From assembly GCA_965203295.1 (NCBI GenBank), contig CBDBCZ010000019.1, positions 1,152,001 to 1,216,000 of the forward strand: a DNA stretch of 64,000 nt, in the 5' to 3' direction. The position numbers and the translations under genes are program-made. The stretch's first letter is position 1, and each line of letters opens with the position of its first letter. Of the stretch, positions 1-9,833 are shown piece after piece. The DNA comes from Nitrospirales bacterium. Lineage in GTDB: Bacteria > Nitrospirota > Nitrospiria > Nitrospirales > UBA8639. Below the pieces are notes generated by a model. The model made no database searches and had not been told where the DNA came from. It saw only the letters and a program-made list of their open reading frames with translations.

Positions 1-876
1 GGCTAAGGGATCATTGAGGATTCGGACAAATGGTTCTCTCCGATAAAAGGTCCTATAGAGGCGACGAAGCTCCTCCGTCGATACGGCCTTGGTTAATTCC
101 GAATACGCGGTACTGATCAGTCCTCGATTCATTGGAACTAGGTGAGGAACGAATACGACCTTGATGGATTTGGGCCTTTTCTGATGATGTTTAGCGTCCA
201 CGGCTTGAAGCACTTGTTCAATTTCTGGAAGATGCCTATGCTCACCAATCTTATAGGCTTTGATGGAGTCGTGGGATTCCGGAAAGTGATAAAGCTGGGC
301 AGGGCTTCTTCCAGCTCCTGAGATGCCGGACTTTGCATCTACGATGAGACCGCCTGGTCTTACCAATCCTTTGGCTACCAGCGGAGCTAATTGAAGAATG
401 GCGGCAGTCGGATAGCATCCTGGAACCCCCACGAGACGAGCTTTACGGATCTTTGATCGGTAAAGTTCTGGTAAGCCGTACACGGCCTTATGAAGGAGAT
501 GAGGAGCAATATGGGGGGTCTGGTACCAGGACTCATAGACTTTTGGGTCATTCAGCCGGAAATCGGCGCTGAGGTCCAGAACGATTTTTCCTCCTTGTAT
601 ACATTGCTTCGCAAAAGGCATGGATTTAGTATGGGGAAGTGCTAAGAACACCACATCGGCTCGCTTAATGAGAATCTGAGGGTCAGAGTGTTCGATACGA
701 TGAGGCACAACCGAGCCAAGATTGGGGAAGAGCGAAGAGACCGGCTGCCCGGCGGACTTCTCCGCTGTGACGAGCGTAATCTTCACATGTGGGTGCCCGG
801 ATAGGAGTCTGAGAATTTCTCCACCGGTATAACCACTGGCACCGACAACGGCAACTTTGACAAGACGAGTTGGCAT
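1..876 (-). CDS. argC: N-acetyl-gamma-glutamyl-phosphate reductase (partial, runs off the left edge)
   Basis: Not in the ORF track. Manual translation from ATG at 876 gives MPTRLVKVAVVGASGYTGGEILRLLSGHP, the ArgC N-terminal GASGYTG motif. Confidence 0.93.
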   Translation of the reverse strand, partial: MPTRLVKVAVVGASGYTGGEILRLLSGHPHVKITLVTAEKSAGQPVSSLFPNLGSVVPHRIEHSDPQILIKRADVVFLALPHTKSMPFAKQCIQGGKIVLDLSADFRLNDPKVYESWYQTPHIAPHLLHKAVYGLPELYRSKIRKARLVGVPGCYPTAAILQLAPLVAKGLVRPGGLIVDAKSGISGAGRSPAQLYHFPESHDSIKAYKIGEHRHLPEIEQVLQAVDAKHHQKRPKSIKVVFVPHLVPMNRGLISTAYSELTKAVSTEELRRLYRTFYRREPFVRILNDPLA

Positions 877-974
877 GAACGGAGAAGTTGATTTGTGTAT
901 TGACGAAGGGGTGAGCTTGTACACGGAAGGAGAGGGCTCACCGGCTTTCTTTCAAAACAGGAGGGGCGAGAAAC

Positions 975-1367
975 TTAGCGTTTTGAATACTGGAATCGGC
1001 TTCTGGCGCCTTTCTGGCCGTATTTTTTTCGCTCCTTGACTCGAGCATCCCTAGTCAACAGTCCATATTTTTTCAGTGGGGCTCTCAGGTCGGCATTGGT
1101 TTCCACTAAAGCTTTGGCGATCGCATGCCTCAAGGCACCAGCTTGGCCAGAAACTCCACCGCCATTCACCGAGGCCACGACATCGTATTGCCAGGTCGTA
1201 CTCGATAGCTCGAACGCTGAGCGAATTTGAGCGCGATGAGGTAGGAGGGTAAAGTATTCATCCATAGGTTTCCCGTTGACGACGACTTCTCCCACCCCGG
1301 GTGCTATCCAAGCTCGGGCTATAGCATACTTTCGCTTACCAGTAGCGTACTGACTTGTTTTCACCAT
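975..1367 (-). CDS. rpsI: 30S ribosomal protein S9
   Basis: GGGVSGQAGALRH and C-terminal KERKKYGQKGARSRFQYSKR; lies downstream of rplM. Confidence 0.98.
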   Translation of the reverse strand: MVKTSQYATGKRKYAIARAWIAPGVGEVVVNGKPMDEYFTLLPHRAQIRSAFELSSTTWQYDVVASVNGGGVSGQAGALRHAIAKALVETNADLRAPLKKYGLLTRDARVKERKKYGQKGARSRFQYSKR

Positions 1368-1390
1368 GGATCAGGCCTTTCTTGATTCGT

Positions 1391-1840
1391 TTAGGAAGTG
1401 ACGACAGTAGGTTGTTGGGACCAAGGCTCAGGGTTTTGGGCAGTATGCGGGTGTTCGGGCCCTGCATAAATCCGAAGTTTTCTGGCCATTTGCTTTCCCA
1501 ATGGTGTCTTCGGAAGCATTCCTCTTATGGCTTTTGAGAGCACCTTAGTCGGTTTTTTTTCTAAGAGATGTTTGGCCGTAATGGACTTGATGCCTCCCGG
1601 ATACCCTGTGTGATGGTAATAGATTTTCTTTTGCAGTTTATTCCCGGTCAACCGAACTTCCCCTGCATTGATGATGACAACATGATCACCTGTGTCCACG
1701 TTAGGGGTAAATATCGGTTTATGTTTTCCACGTAAGAGTGTGGCTACCTGAACTGCTAATCGACCTAACGTTTTACCCTTAGCATCGACAAGATGCCATT
1801 TTCTTTGTACTTCAAGAGGTTTTGCTTGAAACGATCGCAT
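1391..1840 (-). CDS. rplM: 50S ribosomal protein L13
   Basis: [37 protein letters not shown]. Start set at ATG 1840, which follows a GGAG RBS. Confidence 0.98.
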   Translation of the reverse strand: MRSFQAKPLEVQRKWHLVDAKGKTLGRLAVQVATLLRGKHKPIFTPNVDTGDHVVIINAGEVRLTGNKLQKKIYYHHTGYPGGIKSITAKHLLEKKPTKVLSKAIRGMLPKTPLGKQMARKLRIYAGPEHPHTAQNPEPWSQQPTVVTS

Positions 1841-1881
1841 AAGTCCGTTCTCCAATTTTCTGCAGCGAACAACACCTGTAC

Positions 1882-2391
1882 TTAGGATTGAGGTTGGCTT
1901 GATGGTTTGGTATCAAGTCTCGCTAACCATGCATCCAAATTTTCTCCCCCTCGATTTTTCAAAACCTCCGGTGTGACATAAATAGGAGTCTTGGCCCTCA
2001 AGGCCAACGCAATAGCATCGCTGGGACGAGAATCGACGGTTCGGCTCACACCATTTGATGATAAGTGAATAGTCGCATAGTACGTATTATTTTTCACGTC
2101 GTTCACGACAACATGAGTGACTTGTAACCCGAGATGTTGGGTGAAACTAAAAATAAGATCGTGACTCATGGGACGAGGAGGAACGATGCCTTCCAGGGCA
2201 AGACGAATTGACGTTCCCTCAGCTGTTCCAATCCAAATTGGTAAAACATCGGAATTATCCTCTTCTCGAAGAATGACAATTTGGGTGTCAGTGTTTGGAT
2301 CAACTAAAACCCCGTGTACTTTTAACGGGATGAGTCGAGTATCCTGGTCCATGGATTCTGTGTTTTTGGCTTTTTCTGGATCGTGTTCCAT
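1882..2391 (-). CDS. Bifunctional nuclease family protein (DUF151), copy 2
   Basis: [14 protein letters not shown] and [13 protein letters not shown] motifs. Confidence 0.9.
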   Translation of the reverse strand: MEHDPEKAKNTESMDQDTRLIPLKVHGVLVDPNTDTQIVILREEDNSDVLPIWIGTAEGTSIRLALEGIVPPRPMSHDLIFSFTQHLGLQVTHVVVNDVKNNTYYATIHLSSNGVSRTVDSRPSDAIALALRAKTPIYVTPEVLKNRGGENLDAWLARLDTKPSSQPQS

Positions 2392-2637
2392 TTGCTGTTT
2401 TTTTCTTCTAAAACCAAAAGTGTCAATCCTGAAGTCATACTTTTGATTTTGCGACCTCAGAAAGTTCAGAGGACGTTTGTCACCTTAGTAAAGCAAGAAT
2501 TCCAAAAAAATCAACGGAGTTTTTCCGTGCGAACAGGATAGGGTCGAAAGGGGAAACCCAAAACACTTCGGAACTCTTTTGCGGTACTCTGTGCATCTGT
2601 GATGCTAGTCAGGGAACCTCCTCATCACTTTTGGATA

Positions 2638-3093
2638 TTAAGTCTCGAACTTGCCGAAATCCTCCGGCTTCAAATTTTCTAACCACCGTTCTAGTTCTTC
2701 TGAACTTTGCTTCCGGAGAACTTCTTCGGAAGTAAAAATGGGGGCCTCGGCGCGAAGGGCAAGGGCAATGGCATCGCTCGGGCGTGAATCGAGAGAATAC
2801 TCCGAATCCCCGTACCATAAATGAATCTTGGCAAAATAGGTATTATCTTTTAAGTCGGTCAACACGGCACTGAGAATTTTGGCATCAACCTGGTCCAAAA
2901 TCGTCTTCATGAGATCATGGGTCATCGGGCGGGGAGGTGAAATATTTTCGAGGGCAAAGCTGATGGCACTGGCTTCAGCTTTGCCTACCCAAATGGGGAG
3001 CATATCGGTATTTTTTTCATCACGTAAAATGACAATGTACGCATTGTTGTAAGGGTCAAACAACAAACCCCGTACATTCATCTGGGTGATCAT
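2638..3093 (-). CDS. Bifunctional nuclease family protein (DUF151), copy 1
   Basis: LPIWVG, PRPMTHDL and [13 protein letters not shown] motifs. Confidence 0.92.
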   Translation of the reverse strand: MITQMNVRGLLFDPYNNAYIVILRDEKNTDMLPIWVGKAEASAISFALENISPPRPMTHDLMKTILDQVDAKILSAVLTDLKDNTYFAKIHLWYGDSEYSLDSRPSDAIALALRAEAPIFTSEEVLRKQSSEELERWLENLKPEDFGKFET

Positions 3094-3283
3094 TCCCTTG
3101 TCCCTTTCAGCCCCCTATCAATCACGATCATTTTCGTTAAAACACCAAATTTTTCTTGAGGTTATGTAACCTATCATCCCTGTCTTTCTCTTGTCAACGA
3201 ACATTTTGGGGCCAATAAGTGGTGAGGATCTTTCTGGTTGAGATCACTCAATCTTCTCTTTCTAAACTTTGGTTGTTCCCCAC

Positions 3284-4999
3284 TTACCCCTGCAAGCTCT
3301 GAGAGTCAAGAATATTGGAAAGATAATCCGGCACTACCTCAGGCGAGTGCTTTGTGACCTCGCCCGTTCGTCGATTCTTGATGTCAATGGTTCCTTGTGC
3401 CAAGCCTTTCTCTCCAATGGTCACTTGAAATGGAGCTCCGATGAGATCGGCATCGTTGAATTTCACCCCTGCGCGTTCGTTGCGGTCGTCCCAGAGAACT
3501 TCAATGCCTCTTTTCGTCATCTCAGCATACAAATTCTTGGTGATCTGTTGGACTTGTTCGGAAGTGGTCACCGGTAGAAGGTGGACATGAAAGGGAGCTA
3601 TGGGGATCGGCCAAATCATGCCTCGGCTGCCGTGATTTTGTTCGATGGAGGCTGCCGCAGTGCGTCCGACTCCAATTCCATAACACCCCATAATAGCGGG
3701 ACGTTCTTGACCATTGGCATCGAGAAAGGATGCGCCCATGGCCTCACTGTATTTTGTCCCCAACAAGAACACGTGGCCGACTTCAATACCCTTCGCGGCT
3801 AAGAGCGGAGAACCATTGGAGGGAGAAGGATCACCAGCCTGCGCTTTTCGTAAGTCGGCAAAGGATTCTATAGAGAAGTCACGGTCCCAATTGACGTCAA
3901 TGTAATGAATATCTGCTTGGTTTCCTCCTACGACAAAATTGGTCATCGCTTTGACTGCATGGTCGGCAATAATGCGCAAGTTGGAAAGACCAATTGGACC
4001 TGCAAATCCGATAAGGGCAGAAGTGAGAGATGTCACGGTATCTGAATCAGCGAGGGCTAGGTCAGTGACACCTAAAAACTGCTTAATTTTTATTTCATTA
4101 GCTTCGTGATCACCCCTGATGAGGACAGCAAGAGATTCATTCTCTGTTTGATACAGCAGAGTTTTTACGAGGTGCGGAGGATCAATCTGTAGACAACGGC
4201 AGACCTCCTCCACTGTTTTGGCCCCTGGTGTAGGTACTTGCTGCTTGGGACGGGGAGATTGAGGAGACGATGGTGAGGGCGGTGTCACCTCTGCCTGCTC
4301 CACATTTGCTGCGTATCGGCCTTCCGAGTCGTAGAGAATGGTCTCTTCTCCCGTCTCGGCCAAGACCATAAATTCATGGGATGTTTTTCCACCAATTAAA
4401 CCGGTATCGGCCTGAACAGCGCGGAAGGACAATCCACAGCGTTGGAAAATTCGTTCGTATGCCTCGTACATTTTTTGATAACTCTGTTTGGCACCTTCCT
4501 CATCCTGGTCAAAGCTATAGGCATCTTTCATGATAAATTCCCGTCCCCGCATCAGACCAAAGCGTGGTCGAATTTCATCGCGAAATTTTGTTTGAATCTG
4601 ATAACAGTTTAGGGGTAATTGTCGGTACGATCGTACTTCTCTCCGGAAAAGATCAGTCACCACTTCCTCGTGCGTGGGGCCAAAACAAAAGTCTCGTTCG
4701 TGTCGATCCTGGCACCGGAGCAATTCTTTTCCATAGAAATCCCATCGTCCGGTTTCTCGCCACAGTTCAGCAGGTGCGAGGATCGGCATTAAGATCTCTT
4801 GAGCTCCGGCACGGTTCATCTCTTCGCGAATAATGGTTTCAATTTTTCGAATCACCCGAAGGCCTAAAGGCAAGTATGTATAAATTCCTGAAGCCACTTT
4901 TCGAATCAGTCCAGCTCGAACCATCAAGCGATGGCTGACGATTTCTGCTTCCCCTGGATCCTCGCGAAGAGTGGGAATTAATAACTGTGAGGTTCGCAT
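3284..4999 (-). CDS. proS: Proline-tRNA ligase (bacterial type, with editing insertion)
   Basis: QIQTKFRDEIRPRFGLMRGREFIMKDAYSF, GIEVGHVF, MGCYGIG; 571 aa. Confidence 0.98.
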   Translation of the reverse strand: MRTSQLLIPTLREDPGEAEIVSHRLMVRAGLIRKVASGIYTYLPLGLRVIRKIETIIREEMNRAGAQEILMPILAPAELWRETGRWDFYGKELLRCQDRHERDFCFGPTHEEVVTDLFRREVRSYRQLPLNCYQIQTKFRDEIRPRFGLMRGREFIMKDAYSFDQDEEGAKQSYQKMYEAYERIFQRCGLSFRAVQADTGLIGGKTSHEFMVLAETGEETILYDSEGRYAANVEQAEVTPPSPSSPQSPRPKQQVPTPGAKTVEEVCRCLQIDPPHLVKTLLYQTENESLAVLIRGDHEANEIKIKQFLGVTDLALADSDTVTSLTSALIGFAGPIGLSNLRIIADHAVKAMTNFVVGGNQADIHYIDVNWDRDFSIESFADLRKAQAGDPSPSNGSPLLAAKGIEVGHVFLLGTKYSEAMGASFLDANGQERPAIMGCYGIGVGRTAAASIEQNHGSRGMIWPIPIAPFHVHLLPVTTSEQVQQITKNLYAEMTKRGIEVLWDDRNERAGVKFNDADLIGAPFQVTIGEKGLAQGTIDIKNRRTGEVTKHSPEVVPDYLSNILDSQSLQG

Positions 5000-5165
5000 A
5001 TGTTTCCTACCATGAAGGATGTCAGCCCTTGGGCTGTGTAAAAGAAAATAGGTTCATTCTAAATGAATGGGTTTGCCGCCGTTATCCGTAGCAGATTCTT
5101 GAGAAATTCACGATTTTCATCTTTTTGGGGTTCTTCACAACGCATGTGTGTTTCCATACGGGTTA

Positions 5166-5282
5166 CAGGCTGTTCAAAACGGTCAGTCCTGTTGAGGAGA
5201 CATCAGGGTCGTTGAGGGGGAAAAGGCTCTCTACGGTTTATTGGGAACCGAGAAGGCTGTGAGCAGACCGTTTCAATGATTG
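5166..5282. repeat. Degenerate intergenic element with imperfect inverted ends (MITE/REP-like)
   Basis: Left end CAGGCTGTTCAAAACGGTC; right end reverse-complements to CAATCATTGAAACGGTC. Similar left ends occur at ~23570, ~41105 and ~46221. Confidence 0.45.
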
Positions 5283-5291
5283 TCGAGGGAC

Positions 5292-6674
5292 TTATTGAAG
5301 AAGTCGTTCAATATCGTTCCACAAGGCAAAGACCATGATACACAATAATAAAACAAACCCAATCTGTTGAGCAAACTCGCGTTGTCTTTCTCCTAGTGGT
5401 CGCCGAAGGATAGCTTCGAAAGCAAAAAACAAGAGGTGGCCTCCATCTAAGATTGGGATGGGAAGAAGATTTAAAATGCCCAAATTGATACTGATGATGG
5501 CCACAAGGAAAGCAATATTCGACAACCCTTGTTCTGCAGCTTCACCGGACGCACTCGCAATCATGATTGGTCCACCAATATTCTTCGGAGAAATTTCTCC
5601 GGAGATCATTTTGGTGAGACCGACCACCGTCAGTTCAGAGAACCCCCATGTCGCTTGCAGCCCTAAGATTGGTGTGAGGAGGGGTGAGGAAGCCCTCATC
5701 ACAGAGTGGTTTTGCCGCATAATTCCAATTTTCCCAATTTCCTTCGTCACGCCATGTTCCATCTGTTGATGGGCTTCGGGTGTCACGGAGAGGGCTACGG
5801 GCTTTCCCTCGCGAATCACGTGGATCGTTAATTGTTCATTCGGGTGCTGTCGGACAATGTCTGTCATCTGCGACCATGTGGAAATGGGTTCGTTCTCAAT
5901 TTGGACAATACGGTCTCCGTCCTGCATTCCGGCTCTCATCGCTGGTGAATCATTCATCACTGTGGTCGCCACCGGTGGAATTTTCTCAATCCCGAGTAGG
6001 TACGCTGGCTCATTCGAGTCGGGTTCCTGAGTGACCTTCGGTGTCACCAGAAATGTTTTGATTTCACCATTCCGTAACACATCAATGGTCACCTGCTTGC
6101 CCTGACTTTCTGCCATGGCGTAATAGACTTCGCCCATCGTGGTAATACCTTTTTCATTGATTCGAGTGATGCGGTCTCCTACTTGCATGCCAGCAATATG
6201 GGCAGGCGAATTGAGTTGGATGGCCTCCACAGTTGGCATGATGTCCTGAAAAGTAGGGACAAAAAGGGGACCGCCGGTCGCCAACCATGCGGTGAAAATC
6301 ATGTAACTCAAGATAAAATTAAATGCCGGCCCAGCCGCTACGATTAACGTTCGTTTCAGCAGAGGTTTATGAACAAAAGAACGCTCTTGGTCCTCGGGAG
6401 AAATCGTTTCGTTCGTATCCTCTCCAAACATTTTGACGTAGCCACCTAACGGGATAGCGGACACGACGAATTCGGTCTCACCGAACTGGCGACCTAAAAG
6501 TTTTGGCCCAAACCCAATCGAAAATTTGAGCACTCGGACGCCTGCCCAACGAGCGACGATGAAATGTCCAAACTCATGAAAGGTGACCAAGACGCCAAGG
6601 ACGATCAAAAACCACCAAAGTTTTTGACCAATAACGAATATTGATTCAGGCTGAAAAGATAAGAAGGTGCTCAA
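5292..6674 (-). CDS. rseP: Intramembrane zinc metalloprotease RseP with two PDZ domains
   Basis: HEFGH, NLLPIPILDGG; follows dxr. Confidence 0.96.
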   Translation of the reverse strand: MSTFLSFQPESIFVIGQKLWWFLIVLGVLVTFHEFGHFIVARWAGVRVLKFSIGFGPKLLGRQFGETEFVVSAIPLGGYVKMFGEDTNETISPEDQERSFVHKPLLKRTLIVAAGPAFNFILSYMIFTAWLATGGPLFVPTFQDIMPTVEAIQLNSPAHIAGMQVGDRITRINEKGITTMGEVYYAMAESQGKQVTIDVLRNGEIKTFLVTPKVTQEPDSNEPAYLLGIEKIPPVATTVMNDSPAMRAGMQDGDRIVQIENEPISTWSQMTDIVRQHPNEQLTIHVIREGKPVALSVTPEAHQQMEHGVTKEIGKIGIMRQNHSVMRASSPLLTPILGLQATWGFSELTVVGLTKMISGEISPKNIGGPIMIASASGEAAEQGLSNIAFLVAIISINLGILNLLPIPILDGGHLLFFAFEAILRRPLGERQREFAQQIGFVLLLCIMVFALWNDIERLLQ

Positions 6675-6697
6675 TTAAAATCTCCTTGTAAATTCCA

Positions 6698-7858
6698 TTA
6701 TTTGGCGAGCGCATGAATGTATTCTAAGGCCTTTTCCCGTGCGAACCGGTCAGCTTCTAGAGCATCGTCGATTGTGCTCAGTGGCTGAGAGGGACATGCT
6801 TCCATCGTTTGTTGAATAACCTTAGGGATTTCTAAAAAACCAATGCCTTCGTTCAGAAAAGCATCGACCGCAACTTCATTAGCCGCATTCAAGGTGGCTG
6901 GCATGGTGCCCCCCTCCCTTAAGGCGGAATAGGCCAGGTTCAAGCAGGGAAATCGTTCCCCATCTGGATCAGAAAAGGTCAATTTTCCCATTTTTCCAAG
7001 TTGCAAGGGAGGAAGGTCAAGGGGGACTCGTTCAGGATAATTCATGGCATAGGAAATAGGTGTACGCATGTCCGGGCAACCAAGTTGGGCGATAACCGAT
7101 CCGTCTTTATATTCTACTAAAGAATGAATAATACTTTCTCGGTGAATGAGCACATCGAGTTGAGTCGCCGGGAAGGTGAAAAGCCATCTTGCTTCAATGA
7201 CTTCTAGGCCTTTATTCATAAGGGTTGCTGAATCAATCGTAATTTTGTCGCCCATTTCCCAATTGGGATGTTTCAAGGCTTGCTGTAAGGTGGCTTGTTG
7301 CATGTCTTCCAGCGAATGATCCCAAAATGGTCCACCAGAAGCTGTGAGGATAATACGTTGAATATCCTGCTTGCGATGACCCTCCATACATTGAAAGATG
7401 GCGCTATGTTCACTATCGATGGGGAAAATTGGAATATGCTGCTTTCGAGCTTCCTCTTGCATAAGTTCGCCTACCATGACCATGGGTTCCTTATTGGCGA
7501 GTGCAACCCGACGACCAGCCCGAATAGCTTCCAATGTAGGAATCAAACCAGCGGCTCCTACAATAGCGGAAATCACCAAATCGGATTCAGGGTGGGCTGC
7601 GAGTTCTTCTACCCCACTGGGCCCTTCCAGAATTTCCACAGAAAGATCAGCAACTCTGGCTCTCAGCCGTTTAGCAGCCTTTGGGTCCGATAGAGCGACA
7701 AGCTTGGGATGAAATACCCGCACTTGTTCCTCAAGCTTCTCATCATTGGTCCCAGCGGCCAACCCAAGAATGGAAAATTGTTCGGGAAATTTTGCCACGA
7801 TGTCCAATGTGCTGGTACCAATGGAACCCGTTGACCCAAGCAAAATAATGTTTTTCAT
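6698..7858 (-). CDS. dxr: 1-deoxy-D-xylulose-5-phosphate reductoisomerase
   Basis: LGSTGSIG, LANKE, PIDSEHSAIFQ, TIDSATLMNKGLE. Confidence 0.98.
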   Translation of the reverse strand: MKNIILLGSTGSIGTSTLDIVAKFPEQFSILGLAAGTNDEKLEEQVRVFHPKLVALSDPKAAKRLRARVADLSVEILEGPSGVEELAAHPESDLVISAIVGAAGLIPTLEAIRAGRRVALANKEPMVMVGELMQEEARKQHIPIFPIDSEHSAIFQCMEGHRKQDIQRIILTASGGPFWDHSLEDMQQATLQQALKHPNWEMGDKITIDSATLMNKGLEVIEARWLFTFPATQLDVLIHRESIIHSLVEYKDGSVIAQLGCPDMRTPISYAMNYPERVPLDLPPLQLGKMGKLTFSDPDGERFPCLNLAYSALREGGTMPATLNAANEVAVDAFLNEGIGFLEIPKVIQQTMEACPSQPLSTIDDALEADRFAREKALEYIHALAK

Positions 7859-7909
7859 CGCAACCCCTTGTGTCCTGGCTTGTCTTCCATGGTGTCTGTC
7901 GACAAGGTC

Positions 7910-8713
7910 TCACCCTTTGATGAGGACCATATAATAATAAAACGTGGGCGCAGTGAGAAGAAGACTGTCGAGTCGATCCAGTATGCCGCCGTGACCCGGT
8001 ATGAGCCCACCAGAGTCCTTCACACCTCCCCGACGTTTGAAAGCTGACTCTGAAAGATCCCCGATTAATCCCACGACAGTTAATAGCAAACCGTTGGCTA
8101 CGCAGTCTACCATGGACAGTGATGGCAAAAACCAATAATGAGCCAGCAAAGCGACTATTGGAGCAAAAATAAGTCCGCCTCCAAAGCCTTCGATCGTTTT
8201 GTTGGGACTCAATCGAGAAGCCAACTGGCGTCGGCCAAAGAGTTTTCCTACGTAATACCCGGCGGTATCTGCTGCCCATGTCACCAAGATTAAGAAAAAG
8301 ATGAGGAATTCGCCTTCAGGAAGCTGCCTAAGTAAGACCAAATGTCCCAAGGTCAACCCAATGTACAGGACTCCAAAAGAGAGGATAATGATTTCTTCCG
8401 CGCACTTCGTCGGGGTCGAATGCCAAAGAACCTGATAGCTTAAAATAATGAGAAGGATACAACTTACTGCGAATGGAAATGGCAAAAGGGATGCCCACTG
8501 CATGCTGGCCAAAAGTAGTGCTGCCCCCCCGAGACCGATGATGAATGCTCCTTGATTGCCTTCGTAAGGAAGTTGAAGCCGGTAAAATTCCCAGAGAGCT
8601 AACAACGCGAATACGGTGACAAAACCAAAGAAAGCGATGGGAGGTGAATAGCGGAGGAGCAGATAAAAAAGAGGAGCAAAGACGAGGGCCGGATAAATTC
8701 GTTTGTGGTCCAC
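7910..8713 (-). CDS. cdsA: Phosphatidate cytidylyltransferase
   Basis: SPNKTIEG, GDLSESAFKR, KDSGGLIPGHGGILDRLD. GTG start at 8713 is inferred; the ORF-track start overlaps uppS. Confidence 0.95.
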   Translation of the reverse strand: MDHKRIYPALVFAPLFYLLLRYSPPIAFFGFVTVFALLALWEFYRLQLPYEGNQGAFIIGLGGAALLLASMQWASLLPFPFAVSCILLIILSYQVLWHSTPTKCAEEIIILSFGVLYIGLTLGHLVLLRQLPEGEFLIFFLILVTWAADTAGYYVGKLFGRRQLASRLSPNKTIEGFGGGLIFAPIVALLAHYWFLPSLSMVDCVANGLLLTVVGLIGDLSESAFKRRGGVKDSGGLIPGHGGILDRLDSLLLTAPTFYYYMVLIKG

Positions 8714-8781
8714 ACGACGGTTGGTCGCGGTCAGTGTTTGTGGAGATCGGTCACCCAGTTGTGGGCCAATCACGCCAGGTC

Positions 8782-9579
8782 TCACAACCCGCTTTGGTGA
8801 GAGAAAGGGTGGGAGATTCGTCCAAAACGACGTTCCCGCTTTTGATAATTCAGGAGGGCAATGAGGAGATCGCGACGTCGAAAGTCCGGCCAAAACGTTT
8901 TGGTAAAATACAATTCTGTATAAGCAATTTGCCAGAGAAGAAAATTGCTAATCCTGTTTTCCCCACTGGTTCGGATGAGAAGGTCGGGGTCAGGAAGTGC
9001 GGTCGTCATCAAATACTGCTCAAACATCTCTTCGCTGATGTGGTGAGCTTCAACTTTTCCACATTCAACGTCTTTCACGATATGCTGAATGGCATCGATA
9101 ATTTCGGATCTGCCCCCATAGCTTAACGCCACTGCCAGGGTCCGGTGGGTGAAGTGCCGAGTTTCCTCAGCGACAGTCTGAACTAATGTCTGAACAGTGG
9201 AAGGTAGGGCGGAAAGGCGTCCAATGGGAAGAAAGCGCATCCTCCGTTCTTGGAAGGTTTGGCGTTCTTTCTGGAGAAATTCCTGCAAAAGTTCCATCAG
9301 TAGATTAATTTCATGGGCAGGTCGGTTCCAGTTTTCATGAGAAAACGCGTAAATAGTCAGAATCGGAATTCCAAGTTCATCGCAGAGATTCAAGACCTCA
9401 CGAAGAGATACCAACCCTTCCCGGTGGCCTATGATTCGCGGAAACCCTCGAAGCTTGGCCCATCGGCCATTCCCGTCCATAATTATCGCGATATGCCGTG
9501 GCAACAAGTCATGGTCTAGGAGAGACAGAAGCTCTTGGTCCGAGAGATCTGCGATTTCGTTGATGTGGGTCTGGTTCAT
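8782..9579 (-). CDS. uppS: Undecaprenyl diphosphate synthase (cis-prenyltransferase)
   Basis: HIAIIMDGNGRWA, DLLIRTSGENRISNFLLWQ. Confidence 0.97.
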   Translation of the reverse strand: MNQTHINEIADLSDQELLSLLDHDLLPRHIAIIMDGNGRWAKLRGFPRIIGHREGLVSLREVLNLCDELGIPILTIYAFSHENWNRPAHEINLLMELLQEFLQKERQTFQERRMRFLPIGRLSALPSTVQTLVQTVAEETRHFTHRTLAVALSYGGRSEIIDAIQHIVKDVECGKVEAHHISEEMFEQYLMTTALPDPDLLIRTSGENRISNFLLWQIAYTELYFTKTFWPDFRRRDLLIALLNYQKRERRFGRISHPFSHQSGL

Positions 9580-9645
9580 GATTAATCGAGAAGAGAAGGA
9601 GAGAGGAAAAGATTTTCCCCCTAACTAGAGTTGCATAGAAAATAT

Positions 9646-9674
9646 AGTCTAAACAGCAGATAATAGCTTGTCAA
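9646..9674 (-). promoter_or_regulatory. Putative sigma70 promoter of the uppS operon
   Basis: TTGACA-N17-TAGACT on the minus strand, upstream of uppS. Confidence 0.55.
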
Positions 9675-9833
9675 ACAGAATCCTTTATCTTGAGGCATGT
9701 TGAATCGAGACGGCCTCTTCGAATCGAACAAACAAAGAACTTCGCAAGTGAGAGGAGGTTTCATTGCGAGGATCTGTGGTAATGGGCTATACTCATTTTT
9801 TGTCATTCTCTCATCATACTTAGTGGGTTTCAC

